DNA from: Pedosphaera sp.
GTDB taxonomy: Bacteria; Verrucomicrobiota; Verrucomicrobiia; Limisphaerales; SIBH01
Assembly: GCA_031414955.1 (NCBI GenBank)
Contig: JANOQV010000218.1
Coordinates: forward strand, 1-27,767
Reading direction: 5' to 3'
Length of the DNA stretch: 27,767 nucleotides
Shown here: positions 17,201 through 25,757 of the stretch, in pieces
Position numbering within the stretch: the stretch's first letter is position 1
How the letters are laid out: each line of letters opens with the position of its first letter
The notes under the pieces: generated by a model
Database searches by the model: none
Told to the model about the DNA's origin: nothing
Seen by the model: the letters and a program-made list of their open reading frames with translations, nothing else
Program-made: the position numbers and the translations under genes

Positions 17201-20200
17201 CACGATGGGAGAGGACACACTGCTGACCATGCCCGCGCCGGGCGTGCTTGGGAACGACTTCGACGCCGATGGTGATTCCCTCAGCACAGTTCTCGTGGCC
17301 AGCCCGGCGCACGGCCTGCTGACGATCGAGGCCGATGGGTCTTTCAGTTATCAGCCGGCGACGAATTACCACGGCCTGGATGCGTTCACGTACAAGGCCA
17401 GCGACGGCAGCGCGCGGAGCGGGCTGGCCACCGTGACCATCACGATCACGAATGGGAACGACGCGCCGGTGGTCGCGAATGATGCGTATGAGATGGCGGA
17501 GGACACGTTGCTCACCCTCGCCGCCCCCGGGGTGCTGGGGAATGACAGCGACGTCGATGGTGATCCATTGAGCGCGGTGCTGGTGAGCCATCCAACCCAC
17601 GGTGTGCTCGTGTTGGATGCCGCAGGTTCATTGACCTACCAGCCGGGAACGAATTTTCATGGACTCGACACCTTCACCTATCAGGCCAGCGATGGCGGCG
17701 CCACGAGTGGATGGGCCATGGTCACGATCACCGTCACCAATGTGAACGATGCGCCGGTGGCGGTGGACGATGCCTACGTCACCGCGGAGGATCTGCATTT
17801 GATCGTCCCGGCCTTGGGCGTGCTGGAGAATGATTTCGATGTGGAGGGCCATCCCTTGAGCGCCTTGCTGGTGAGCGGGCCGGCGCATGGCGTGCTGAAG
17901 CTGAACGTGAGCGGATCGTTCAGCTATATGCCGGAGACGAATTATCACGGTCTGGATAGCTTCACGTATTGGGCCGCGGATGATTTTGCCACCAGCCGCG
18001 TGGCCACGGTCAGGCTCACCATCACCAACGTGAATGATGTGCCGGAGGCGGTGGACGACGCTTACACGATGGCCGAGGACACGTTGCTGCTGGTGGGAGT
18101 GCCAGGAGTTTTGGCGAACGATCTCGATCTGGAGGGCGTTCCTTTGCACGCGCAGATGGTGGCCAGCCCGAGCCACGGCACGCTCACGCTCAATCTGGAC
18201 GGCTCTTTCCACTACCAGCCGGCGACCAATTTTCACGGCCTCGACGCTTTTACCTATCGGGCCAGCGACGGTTTCGCCACGAGCGAGGTGGCCACGGTCA
18301 CCATCACGATCACGAACATCAACGATGCGCCGGTGGCGGTGGATGATGTTTACACGATGGCCGAGGACGAATTGTTGATCGTCGCCGCGCCCGGTGTGTT
18401 GACGAATGATTTTGATCTGGATGGGGATGAGTTCAGCGCGTTCACGGTGGACGAACCGGCCCACGGGTTGCTCAAGCTGCATTCCGACGGATTGTTCAGT
18501 TACGAGCCGGAAACGAATTACACCGGTCTCGACACCTTCACGTACGTGGTCACGGACGGCGTGGCGACCAGCGGCCTGGCGACCGTCACGATCACGATCA
18601 CCCCTGGGAACGACGCGCCGGTGGCCTGGGATGACGCCTACGCCACGGCGGAGGAGACATTGCTGGTCATACCTGCGGCGGGGGTGTTGACCAATGACCT
18701 CGATGCGGATGGCCTTGCGCTCAGCGCGTGGCTGGCGAGCGAGCCGGCGCACGGCGCGCTCACCTTCAATGCCAACGGATCTTTCTCTTATCAGCCGGCG
18801 ACGAATTACACGGGTCTCGACAGTTTCACCTACCGCGCCACGGACGGCAGTGCGACGAGTGAAGTCGCCACGGTGACGATTACGATCACGAACTTGAATG
18901 ACGCACCGGTGGCGCGGGACGACGCCTACACGATGGCGGAGGACACCTCGCTGGTCGTGAGCGCGCCGGGTTTGCTGGGGAATGATTTCGATGTGGAGGG
19001 CGATGCCCTGGCCGCAGTCCTGGTGACCAATCCGACCCACGGCGCGCTCACCCTCAATGCGGACGGCTCGTTCAATTACCACCCGGCAGAAAATTTCACC
19101 GGTCTGGATTCCTACACCTACCAGGCCACGGATGGGACGGCCACCAGCGGGGTGGCGACGGTCCTGATCACGATCACCAATGTCACCGAGGCACCGGTCG
19201 CGGCGCCTGACGCCTATGCGATGGGGGAAGACACGGTTCTGAGCGTCGCCGCGCCGGGGGTGTTGGTGAATGACTTGGATGCGGATGGCGACGTCTTGAG
19301 CGCGGTGCGGGGGACCAACCCGGCGCACGGCACGCTGACCTTCAACGCCAACGGATCTTTCTCATATCAGCCGACGACGAATTACCACGGTCTCGACAGC
19401 TTTACCTACCGCGCCACGGACGGCAGTGCGACGAGCGCCCTGACGATGGTGACGATTACGATCACGCCGGACAATGATGCTCCCGTCGCGAACGATGACG
19501 AGTACACCATGCTTGAGGATACGGTGCTGACCATGGTCGCCCCCGGCGTCACGGCCAACGACCTGGAGCCTGATGGCGAAACTCTCACGTCCATGCTGGT
19601 GGGTGCCCCGGCCCACGGCACGGTGGTGTTGAGCACGAATGGATCCTTCGTCTATGTGCCGGCGACGAATTTCCACGGGACCGACACTTTCACCTACCAG
19701 TTGAGCGATGGTTTGCTGGAATCAGGCCTGGCCACGGTGACCATCCACGTCACGCCGTTCAATGAGCCGCCGGTGGTGAGCATCGTGCATCCAACCAATG
19801 GCTCGACTTTCCTGTCGCCGGCCCAGTTCACGGTGGTGGCGGAGGCGGCCGACCTGGACGGCACGGTGACGAACGTGCAGGTGTTCCTCGGCACGAACTT
19901 GATCGGCACCTTTACCAATGCCCCCTATTTCGTGCCGCTGACGAACATCAGCGCGGGCACGTATGCCTTTCACGCCACGGCCACGGATGACGGCGGGCAG
20001 AGCGCGACTTCGAGCGTGGTCAGCGTCACCGTGACGACCACGCCTCCGGTGACGGCGCTGGGACCGATCGCCTTGAACCGGCAGAATGGTTTGTTCGAGC
20101 AGTTCGTGCGCATCAGCAATCCCACGCCGGAGGATTTCCCCAACGGGATGCGGCTGTTTGTGAGCCTGGGCCTCGACACGACGAACAAGGTTTGGAACGC

Positions 20201-20600
20201 GACCGGCACCAATGCGCTGGGCGTGCGCTACATCGACACCTCCATACCGCTGCTTGCGGGCGGGCATCTGGATGTGCTGGTGCAGTATTACGTGCCGAAC
20301 ACTCGGGTGGTACCGAGTCCGGTGCTGACGGCCGCGCCATTGCCGCCCTCCGCGGCGAAGTTCTCTCTCTCGTCGCGGCTGGCGCCGCCCGTGCGAGTCA
20401 CGCGGATCACGTTGTTGCCCCTGGGCGCGCAGATGGAATTTACGACGACGCCGCAGGGGTTGTATTTCCTCCAATGCTCCGAGGACTTGGTTCACTGGAC
20501 GACGATGCCCGGATTGATCCACGGCACGGGCGGCCCGGTGCAATGCCAGGATACGGCTTCGGTCGCCAAGCGATTTTACCGGGTGATCAAACTGCCATGA
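14241..20600 (+). CDS. Large secreted adhesin-like protein (2119 aa): DUF11-like domain, 13 tandem-95/cadherin-like (Big_9) repeats, 3 Cys-containing Ig domains, a Big_7-like Ig domain and a C-terminal sorting-like domain
   Basis: DUF11-like DLALLKTG...PGEVIRYTLSYTNQG...LVDELP...ADN. Repeats of about 96 aa with (D)APVA.DD.Y...ED...GVL.ND.D.DGD...HG.L....GSF.Y.PATN(F/Y).G.D.FTY. Hydrophobic signal region FAAVVALGLGSHSSVLA. Ends in RFYRVIKLP. Confidence 0.9.
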   Translation: MYATKGTLRAGLKIRPRSAPVLGRSQVMTPGALRGLWPAPPKRLFRQALRFAAVVALGLGSHSSVLALSGDLQGLNKSLSTNWSPASAWSGGNLRGWQELDYVVGRAKLSGAPRSNQLVSLSFPRLKNGRPGFENLYFLSNSPNLFFTAPPVLDSSAATADGRYTMRVTITNRQPGYVYFYARLAAGAHLNTGSSLQLRGSPALSPLQIHKPEAGPDRPDLALLKTGPATAEPGEVIRYTLSYTNQGTRTQDVARGVQLVDELPALVTFVSASNGGSNEGGLLTWDLPDLPIGASGFVTYQARVLTNAFHGQVFTNNAHLFEAGEDANPADNHSSVKTTVFARRPPVANPDDYTVNEDDLLTVPAAGVLANDTDPDPGTTLTAVLISGVSHGLLNLSANGAFTYRPATNFHGVDQFLYQASDGSNLSAVVSVTITVVPGDDPPVAVDDSYTMAEDTVLPVSAPGVLANDSDADGDTLATVLVSNPVHGSLALQSTGAFLYTPDSNYTGTDSFSYRASDGRLNSAVAMVTILITNVNDAPVARDDAYTTPAETLLTMLAPGVLANDSDVEGDPLTAALVSNPWHGTVTLNANGSFAYQPATNFSGLDTFTYRASDGGATSGGATVTITVVPSNLVILLPPVNLTNCPGDTAFFSVTALGTALTYQWSFGTNRLNDQTNHTLVLTNVTAADAGFYSVVVSGMAGGPSTNTALLVVNQNVLVVTPPANQVACPGDTVNFNLSATGAGLAYQWSHGAVLLLEQTNSGLTLSNVTAGEAGLYRIVVSGSCGPPVTNGATLTVNAAVAVFAPPVNQTNFVGGTAVFSVGATGPGLGYQWIFRGALVGTSSTLELSNLTTNQAGPYCVTVSGACGGPLTHCATLTIPNRAPTASPDAYTMAEDALLNIPAAGVLGNDSDPDGDTLSAELVGQPAQGALTLNPDGSFNYRPVTNYTGSDSFTYRASDGRAFSGLATVTITITNVNDAPVAWDDAYTMGEDTLLTMPAPGVLGNDFDADGDSLSTVLVASPAHGLLTIEADGSFSYQPATNYHGLDAFTYKASDGSARSGLATVTITITNGNDAPVVANDAYEMAEDTLLTLAAPGVLGNDSDVDGDPLSAVLVSHPTHGVLVLDAAGSLTYQPGTNFHGLDTFTYQASDGGATSGWAMVTITVTNVNDAPVAVDDAYVTAEDLHLIVPALGVLENDFDVEGHPLSALLVSGPAHGVLKLNVSGSFSYMPETNYHGLDSFTYWAADDFATSRVATVRLTITNVNDVPEAVDDAYTMAEDTLLLVGVPGVLANDLDLEGVPLHAQMVASPSHGTLTLNLDGSFHYQPATNFHGLDAFTYRASDGFATSEVATVTITITNINDAPVAVDDVYTMAEDELLIVAAPGVLTNDFDLDGDEFSAFTVDEPAHGLLKLHSDGLFSYEPETNYTGLDTFTYVVTDGVATSGLATVTITITPGNDAPVAWDDAYATAEETLLVIPAAGVLTNDLDADGLALSAWLASEPAHGALTFNANGSFSYQPATNYTGLDSFTYRATDGSATSEVATVTITITNLNDAPVARDDAYTMAEDTSLVVSAPGLLGNDFDVEGDALAAVLVTNPTHGALTLNADGSFNYHPAENFTGLDSYTYQATDGTATSGVATVLITITNVTEAPVAAPDAYAMGEDTVLSVAAPGVLVNDLDADGDVLSAVRGTNPAHGTLTFNANGSFSYQPTTNYHGLDSFTYRATDGSATSALTMVTITITPDNDAPVANDDEYTMLEDTVLTMVAPGVTANDLEPDGETLTSMLVGAPAHGTVVLSTNGSFVYVPATNFHGTDTFTYQLSDGLLESGLATVTIHVTPFNEPPVVSIVHPTNGSTFLSPAQFTVVAEAADLDGTVTNVQVFLGTNLIGTFTNAPYFVPLTNISAGTYAFHATATDDGGQSATSSVVSVTVTTTPPVTALGPIALNRQNGLFEQFVRISNPTPEDFPNGMRLFVSLGLDTTNKVWNATGTNALGVRYIDTSIPLLAGGHLDVLVQYYVPNTRVVPSPVLTAAPLPPSAAKFSLSSRLAPPVRVTRITLLPLGAQMEFTTTPQGLYFLQCSEDLVHWTTMPGLIHGTGGPVQCQDTASVAKRFYRVIKLP
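14266..14385. mobile_element. 120-bp MITE-like element with a single REP, inserted in frame in the 5' end of the adhesin gene
   Basis: TIRs GAGCCGGTCTGAAAA (14266-14280) and TTTTCAGACAGGCTC (14371-14385), flanked by TTA and TCA. REP at 14290-14315. Confidence 0.8.
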
Positions 20601-20659
20601 ACTGCGTGGGGACATGCTGCGGGTGAATGGGGTTAACGCCGAGGCGTGGAGTGAAAACT

Positions 20660-21760
20660 ATGAAGATTCGAAAGGCTGACCGTCCCTGGGTTCTAACCGC
20701 GCTGCTCCTTGCGTCGCCGGCGGTCCTGAATGCGCAGGAGTCCGGCCCGGCCCGGCGGGTGCGCCTGGAAGAACCGCCGGCTCCCAGCAAGGATCGTTTT
20801 GGCCTGAGCTATCGCGCCACTTTTAACGTCTCCGCCGAATTCAAGAACGTGGGCGTGACGCCGCCGGGGTCGGGCGCGCGCGGTCCGGGGAACGCCGGGG
20901 GCGGGGTCGATCATTTTTATGATGACGGTTATGTCCGGGTGGACAGCACCCACAGTGGCGGTGGACTGACCTGGTTCTGGGGTTACAAGAACGCCAGCCA
21001 GGTGGGGCCGGATGATACGCTGGCCATGCACAGCAGTTCGGTCCTGCCCATCAGCAGCCAGGCGGGTGGGGACGAGGTGCAGCCCGGCTTCGAGCTGGCC
21101 TACAACCGGGAGTTGGGTCGCTCTGAGCCACGCGGCTGGAGCTGGGGATTGGAAGGGGCGTTTGGGTGGACGGACATCGATATTGAGGATCATCGGACTT
21201 TGTCGGGCGGTCTGCGCCAGACCACGGACGCTTACAACATCGGCGGGTATGATCCGCATCAGCCTCCCTACAGCGTGGAATATCCGGGACACGCCGGCAC
21301 CTACGAAGGGCCGGGGCCGCTCATCGACGCCACGCCCCATCGTTCCGTGGCCTTCACTTCGGCCGGCGCCACCGTGACGGGGCTGCGGAGCTTCGCGGCG
21401 GATCTGTTTACCTTGCGCCTGGGACCATACTTCGAAATCCCGATCCACGAACGCTGGGTCTTCTCCTTCAGCGCGGGCGGCGCGCTCGGATTGGTGGACG
21501 GGCAGTTTCGTTTCGCGCAGCAAGTTTCCACGCCCACCGGGCGCAGTTCACAAATCGGATCCGCTGGGAGCGTGGACGTGATCTTCGGCGGCTTCGTGAA
21601 CGGGACGTTGCGTTATGCCATCGACAAAAACTGGGGCGTGTCGGTCAGCGGCCAGTGCCTCGGGTTGACCAGCTACGAAGCGCAAGCGCTTGGCCAGCAG
21701 GTGGAGGTCGGCTTCGCGGCGACGGTCAGTGGCAGCCTGGGTCTCAGCTATTCTTTCTGA
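20660..21760 (+). CDS. Predicted outer-membrane beta-barrel protein (366 aa)
   Basis: Signal peptide MKIRKADRPWVLTALLLASPAVLNA. Alternating amphipathic strands (GFELAYNREL, WSWGLEGAFGW, LRLGPYFEIP, WVFSFSAGG). C-terminal BamA-type signal GLSYSF. Confidence 0.8.
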   Translation: MKIRKADRPWVLTALLLASPAVLNAQESGPARRVRLEEPPAPSKDRFGLSYRATFNVSAEFKNVGVTPPGSGARGPGNAGGGVDHFYDDGYVRVDSTHSGGGLTWFWGYKNASQVGPDDTLAMHSSSVLPISSQAGGDEVQPGFELAYNRELGRSEPRGWSWGLEGAFGWTDIDIEDHRTLSGGLRQTTDAYNIGGYDPHQPPYSVEYPGHAGTYEGPGPLIDATPHRSVAFTSAGATVTGLRSFAADLFTLRLGPYFEIPIHERWVFSFSAGGALGLVDGQFRFAQQVSTPTGRSSQIGSAGSVDVIFGGFVNGTLRYAIDKNWGVSVSGQCLGLTSYEAQALGQQVEVGFAATVSGSLGLSYSF

Positions 21761-21952
21761 TCCGGTCGCCTGTTTCTCCTCATCTTTTCTGATCGCACGC
21801 CGGTGGGTGGCGGGTGGCCGAACTCAAGGCGGGCGCAGGGGCGGTGGCGGGTGCGCTCACTCTGCTTCGGCTGTACGAGTTCCTTTATCTCCTCAACTTT
21901 GCGCGGTTTTCCTTTGCTTTTGCAGTGGGCATGGGCAATTTCCGCGCAAGCA

Positions 21953-22693
21953 ATGACGCCACAAGAAGAGCCGTCTCCGTCAAACAAACCTTTGGACCCC
22001 GAGAGCCGTGGGCCGCGCCGACGTTCGCGTCGCGGCGGGCGCGGACGTCGCCGGACGCCACGTCCAGGCGGGTCGCCGGTCGCCGGCCAAACACCAACGG
22101 AGGCCGAAGTTCCGGCGGACCGTCGGACGGGCGAGGCGGATCCGGAAGTTTTCGTGGAGGATGGAGCGCCGGATTCCTCCGCCGAGGAATCGGGCGAAAA
22201 CTTGGCCCAGCCGTCGGATGTTCCGGCGGATGAGGCGCGCGATCAGGACGCGCGCGAGGAAGAGTTTCGCGCTGAGGAAAGACCTGACAATGAGCCGCCG
22301 CGTGAATTCGAGCAGAGCCCAGAGGAGCAAGACCGCGACTCGGAGGCTCCGCGCGGAGGCCGAGCAGAGCCGATCCGCGAGGCGCGTCCCGCCCCGCCGC
22401 CGCGCCGTGAATTCAATCCCGCCTCGCCGGCCGCCGTCACCGAAGCCATCGGCGAGGTGAACCAGGCCATTGCCTCGCTCAAGCAAGTCCTGGAGCAAAT
22501 GGAGGAAGTGTTGGAGGCGCTGGAACTGGCGGAGATTCAGAAGACGGCGGACGAACGGGAAATTCGCTCGCTGCAAGACGCCTTCCGCCAGATGGATCGC
22601 CGAGGTTCCGAGCCGGGCCGCGAAGGTTCGGGTGGTGAACCACAGCGCCGTGAGTCTCGCGGGCGCGATCCTCGCCGCGACCGCCGACGTTGA
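21953..22693 (+). CDS. Hypothetical protein: Arg-rich motif, acidic disordered region and C-terminal coiled coil (246 aa)
   Basis: Coding-like ORF with RRRSRRGGRGRRR, a long E/D/P-rich tract and a heptad helix VNQAIASLKQVLEQMEEVLEALELAEIQK..DEREI..L. Confidence 0.7.
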   Translation: MTPQEEPSPSNKPLDPESRGPRRRSRRGGRGRRRTPRPGGSPVAGQTPTEAEVPADRRTGEADPEVFVEDGAPDSSAEESGENLAQPSDVPADEARDQDAREEEFRAEERPDNEPPREFEQSPEEQDRDSEAPRGGRAEPIREARPAPPPRREFNPASPAAVTEAIGEVNQAIASLKQVLEQMEEVLEALELAEIQKTADEREIRSLQDAFRQMDRRGSEPGREGSGGEPQRRESRGRDPRRDRRR

Positions 22694-23056
22694 GCGAACT
22701 CGCTCCGCTTCGCCGGGTGGACGGAGATGTTTCGAGGAACCGGGTTTATCGCGAAATCGTCGCCCAGCCCGGCGAACTCGACAGCTCGCTGGAAAATTTT
22801 TACGCCTGGCCGCCGGGCCGCCGGGCGCGTAACCGGAGCCGAATCGTGCCGCCAACACCGCAAGCTGGCCGCGCGCAACGGTGCTTCGTTCGCGCCGGGC
22901 AAACCCGTATTTCCCTTCACGCCCGGCCCGCGCACGTTCTACAGTGCTGATGTCGTTCGCAACCAAACTGGAACTGGCCTATGAAGAAACTGCTTTTGAG
23001 GTGGTGGTCAGCCCGGCCGGGAAGCTGGCCCGAGGGCTCCGTCCCCCAGTGAGTTT

Positions 23057-24640
23057 ATGTCCGGAAGAATTCGCGCTTTTGGTTTGGTGCTCCTGCTCGT
23101 CGCCTTGGCTCCCCGCGCCCGGGCCGCCGAGTGGTTCGTGGACATTTACGACTACTACTTCACGCCCACCAACCTGACGGTGCGGCCCGGCGATACGGTC
23201 ACCTGGATTAATCGCGGCTTGCAGCCGCACGACACGACGGCGGCGGACGGTGCGTGGGCCAGTCCGCTGCTCTACAACGAAGAGGAATTCTTCTCGTTCA
23301 CATTTACCAACTCCGGCCCTTATCCGTACATCTGTCTCAAGCATATTGAAGAGTTCCCGGAGCAGACCGGCACGGTCATGGTCGCGACGATCAACCTGCC
23401 GCCGGGCGTGCAACTGACCAATCCGCCCCAGGGCGGGGTGTTCGCCGCGCCGGCCAGCTTCACCATCGGGGCGGAGGCAAGTGATCCGGACGGCACGGTG
23501 GCTTCGGTGGAGTTTTTTATGAACGGCGTCTCGGTGGGTTTGCGGACTGCGCCGCCCTTTACGACCAACGTGAGCGGATTCGGCCTCGACAGTTACACGA
23601 TCCTGGCCGTGGCCACGGACGATCAGGGCGCGACCGGCACGAGCGTGGTGAACATCATTGTGCAGGAGGCTCCGCCCAGCACTTTCACCCTCGGCTTTTC
23701 CGTCGCGCCGGCCCAGGCCGGACAAATTTTTCGCACGCCTTTGCCCATCGATGGTTTGTATTTCGCCGGCACCACGGTAGCGCTGGCTCCGCAACCGGCG
23801 GCCGGTTTCCGCTTCTCGCACTGGGTCGGCGAGGTCGCTCCTTCCGCCGCCACGAACAACCCGTTGCTGCTCCTCATGAACAGCGACAAGAATGTCACGG
23901 CTGTCTTCGCGCCGATCCCGTCGCTGAATTTCGCCCAGGTGGGTGGCCGATACGTCGGGTTGCTGATGGACGAGTCGGCGACAAATTACCTGACCTCGGG
24001 CTTCATCGCGCTGCGCGTCTCGCGGACTGGTTCCTATTTCGGCACGGCCACGATCGGCGGGATCGCGAGCGTGTTGCGGGGGCAGTTTGACCGCCTTGGC
24101 TATGCGCCGCTGGTGTTGCGGCGATCCACGCTCTCCGGTTCGTTGCAAATTGACCCCGTCCGGCAACGCATGACCGGGATGATCACAGATGGCTTGCGGG
24201 CTCCGACCTTGACGCTTTACCGCCGGGCGGCCGCGACCAGCGCCGGGCGGCCCGTCGGATCCTATGGTCTGTGCTTCGCCGCCACCGCCCCGGTGCGGGC
24301 CTCGGGTGGGGGCGGGGCGCGGGTGTTCTCAAATGGGGTCGTGCATCTTAGCGGGATGTTGGGGGATGGCAGCACTTGGGGGGACAGATCATTCCTGACC
24401 CCGGACGGTCGGGTTCCGGTTTTCGTCCGGCTATATCACAACCGTGGCGCGCTCCTCGGCTGGCTTTCCGTGGCCCCGGAGGGCACGGTCTCAGGTGACT
24501 TGCGCTGGTTTCGCCCGCCTGACTCTCGCCAGACCAGTTATCCGGATGGTTTCGCAATCAAGATTCCCGTGCTGGGTTCGCATCCTGCGTTTCCAGGGCC
24601 GGTTTGCGGATTTGACTCCGATTTTGATTGGAAAGAATGA
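23057..24640 (+). CDS. Secreted cupredoxin (plastocyanin/azurin-like) domain protein with Big_7-like Ig, B-repeat-like and C-terminal beta domains (527 aa)
   Basis: Signal peptide ending ARA. Cupredoxin motifs FTPTNLTVRPGDTVTWIN....HDTT and GPYPYICLKH. Ig motif ASDPDGTVASVEFF...AVATDDQGA. B-repeat-like motif GFRFSHWVG. Confidence 0.82.
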   Translation: MSGRIRAFGLVLLLVALAPRARAAEWFVDIYDYYFTPTNLTVRPGDTVTWINRGLQPHDTTAADGAWASPLLYNEEEFFSFTFTNSGPYPYICLKHIEEFPEQTGTVMVATINLPPGVQLTNPPQGGVFAAPASFTIGAEASDPDGTVASVEFFMNGVSVGLRTAPPFTTNVSGFGLDSYTILAVATDDQGATGTSVVNIIVQEAPPSTFTLGFSVAPAQAGQIFRTPLPIDGLYFAGTTVALAPQPAAGFRFSHWVGEVAPSAATNNPLLLLMNSDKNVTAVFAPIPSLNFAQVGGRYVGLLMDESATNYLTSGFIALRVSRTGSYFGTATIGGIASVLRGQFDRLGYAPLVLRRSTLSGSLQIDPVRQRMTGMITDGLRAPTLTLYRRAAATSAGRPVGSYGLCFAATAPVRASGGGGARVFSNGVVHLSGMLGDGSTWGDRSFLTPDGRVPVFVRLYHNRGALLGWLSVAPEGTVSGDLRWFRPPDSRQTSYPDGFAIKIPVLGSHPAFPGPVCGFDSDFDWKE

Positions 24641-25296
24641 CCACGCTCATCGTCGCCACCCGCAACGCCCACAAGGTGCAGGAGATTCGCGCCATCCTCG
24701 GCCCGCAGTTTCATTTCCTGACCCTGCGCGACTTTCCCGCCGCCCCGCCGGTGATCGAAGATGCGGCCACCTTCGCCGGCAACGCGGCCAAGAAGGCGAT
24801 GGAACTGGCGCGATGGCTGGCTGCCCAAACTGCAACCTCCAAGCTCCAGCCGCCTCTCTCCTCCTTCGTCCTCGCCGATGATTCGGGTCTGGAAGTGGAC
24901 GCGCTCCACGGCGCGCCCGGAGTTCACTCCGCGCGTTTTGCCGCGCTGGATTCTGGGGCGGTGGGAAACTCCTCCGACGCGGAGAACAACGCCAAGCTCT
25001 TGCGCCTGTTGCACGATACGACGGGGGAGAAGCGCACGGCGCGTTTTCGCTGCGTGCTGGCTTTGACGTCCGTAAACGCGCCGGCGGAAAGCAACCTCGA
25101 GACCTTCGATGGCACTTGCGAGGGGCGGATGCTGACCGGGCCGAGCGGCCGGGGCGGCTTCGGCTACGACCCGCTTTTTGTGCCGGCGGGTTACGAACAA
25201 TCCTTCGCCGAACTGGGCGAAGAGGTGAAGAACCGCCTCAGTCACCGGGCCAAGGCCTTGGCCGGTTTGCGGGAACGTCTGCTGGGTCCGGCCTGA
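24637..25296 (+). CDS. rdgB: dITP/XTP pyrophosphatase (RdgB/HAM1 family)
   Basis: Motifs ATRNAHKVQE, F.GNA.KKA, LADDSGLEVDAL.GAPGVHSARFA, GFGYDPLF and KNRLSHRAKAL. Confidence 0.97.
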   Translation: MTTLIVATRNAHKVQEIRAILGPQFHFLTLRDFPAAPPVIEDAATFAGNAAKKAMELARWLAAQTATSKLQPPLSSFVLADDSGLEVDALHGAPGVHSARFAALDSGAVGNSSDAENNAKLLRLLHDTTGEKRTARFRCVLALTSVNAPAESNLETFDGTCEGRMLTGPSGRGGFGYDPLFVPAGYEQSFAELGEEVKNRLSHRAKALAGLRERLLGPA

Positions 25297-25757
25297 TCCG
25301 ACCGACCCTCTGCCCCTGGCCGGGTGGAGTGGCCGACTCCAGAATGAGAGCCGTGCCGCGCTCTGCTTCCCTTGGGCCAAGAGGCCAAACTCGGTGGTGC
25401 TTCCCCCCAATCATCTGTTTGCACCCAAAGAGCTGAATGGAATGTTGCTCCGCCCTCTGCACTCGTGTAAGGTGCGCAGCATTACCCATGTTTCCTGACC
25501 GGTAAGTTATCCGGCGCGACCATTTTACAAGTTGCGGCCGGGGTCAGAACGGAAGGCGCGTGGGGGAAATGAAATGTCACGTTCTCGCAACCTGAAGGAA
25601 ACGATTTGCGTCTCCGGTGCGACTCGCGGGCAACCCTGATGAATCAAATGCCGTTGGACAGAATGTTCAGCTTGCGCCGCCGTCTTTTGGGCGGTGGTCC
25701 GTTCTGCCCCCTTTCGGCCGGCTCGATTTCCTTGGAACTGAATCCGTATCAAAAAAC

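Noticed and set aside
15270..19760. Repeats as a CRISPR array or DGR template/variable pair
   Set aside because: They are 288-bp in-frame protein-domain repeats with no spacer structure and no evident adenine-specific mismatch pattern, and no cas or reverse transcriptase gene is in the window.
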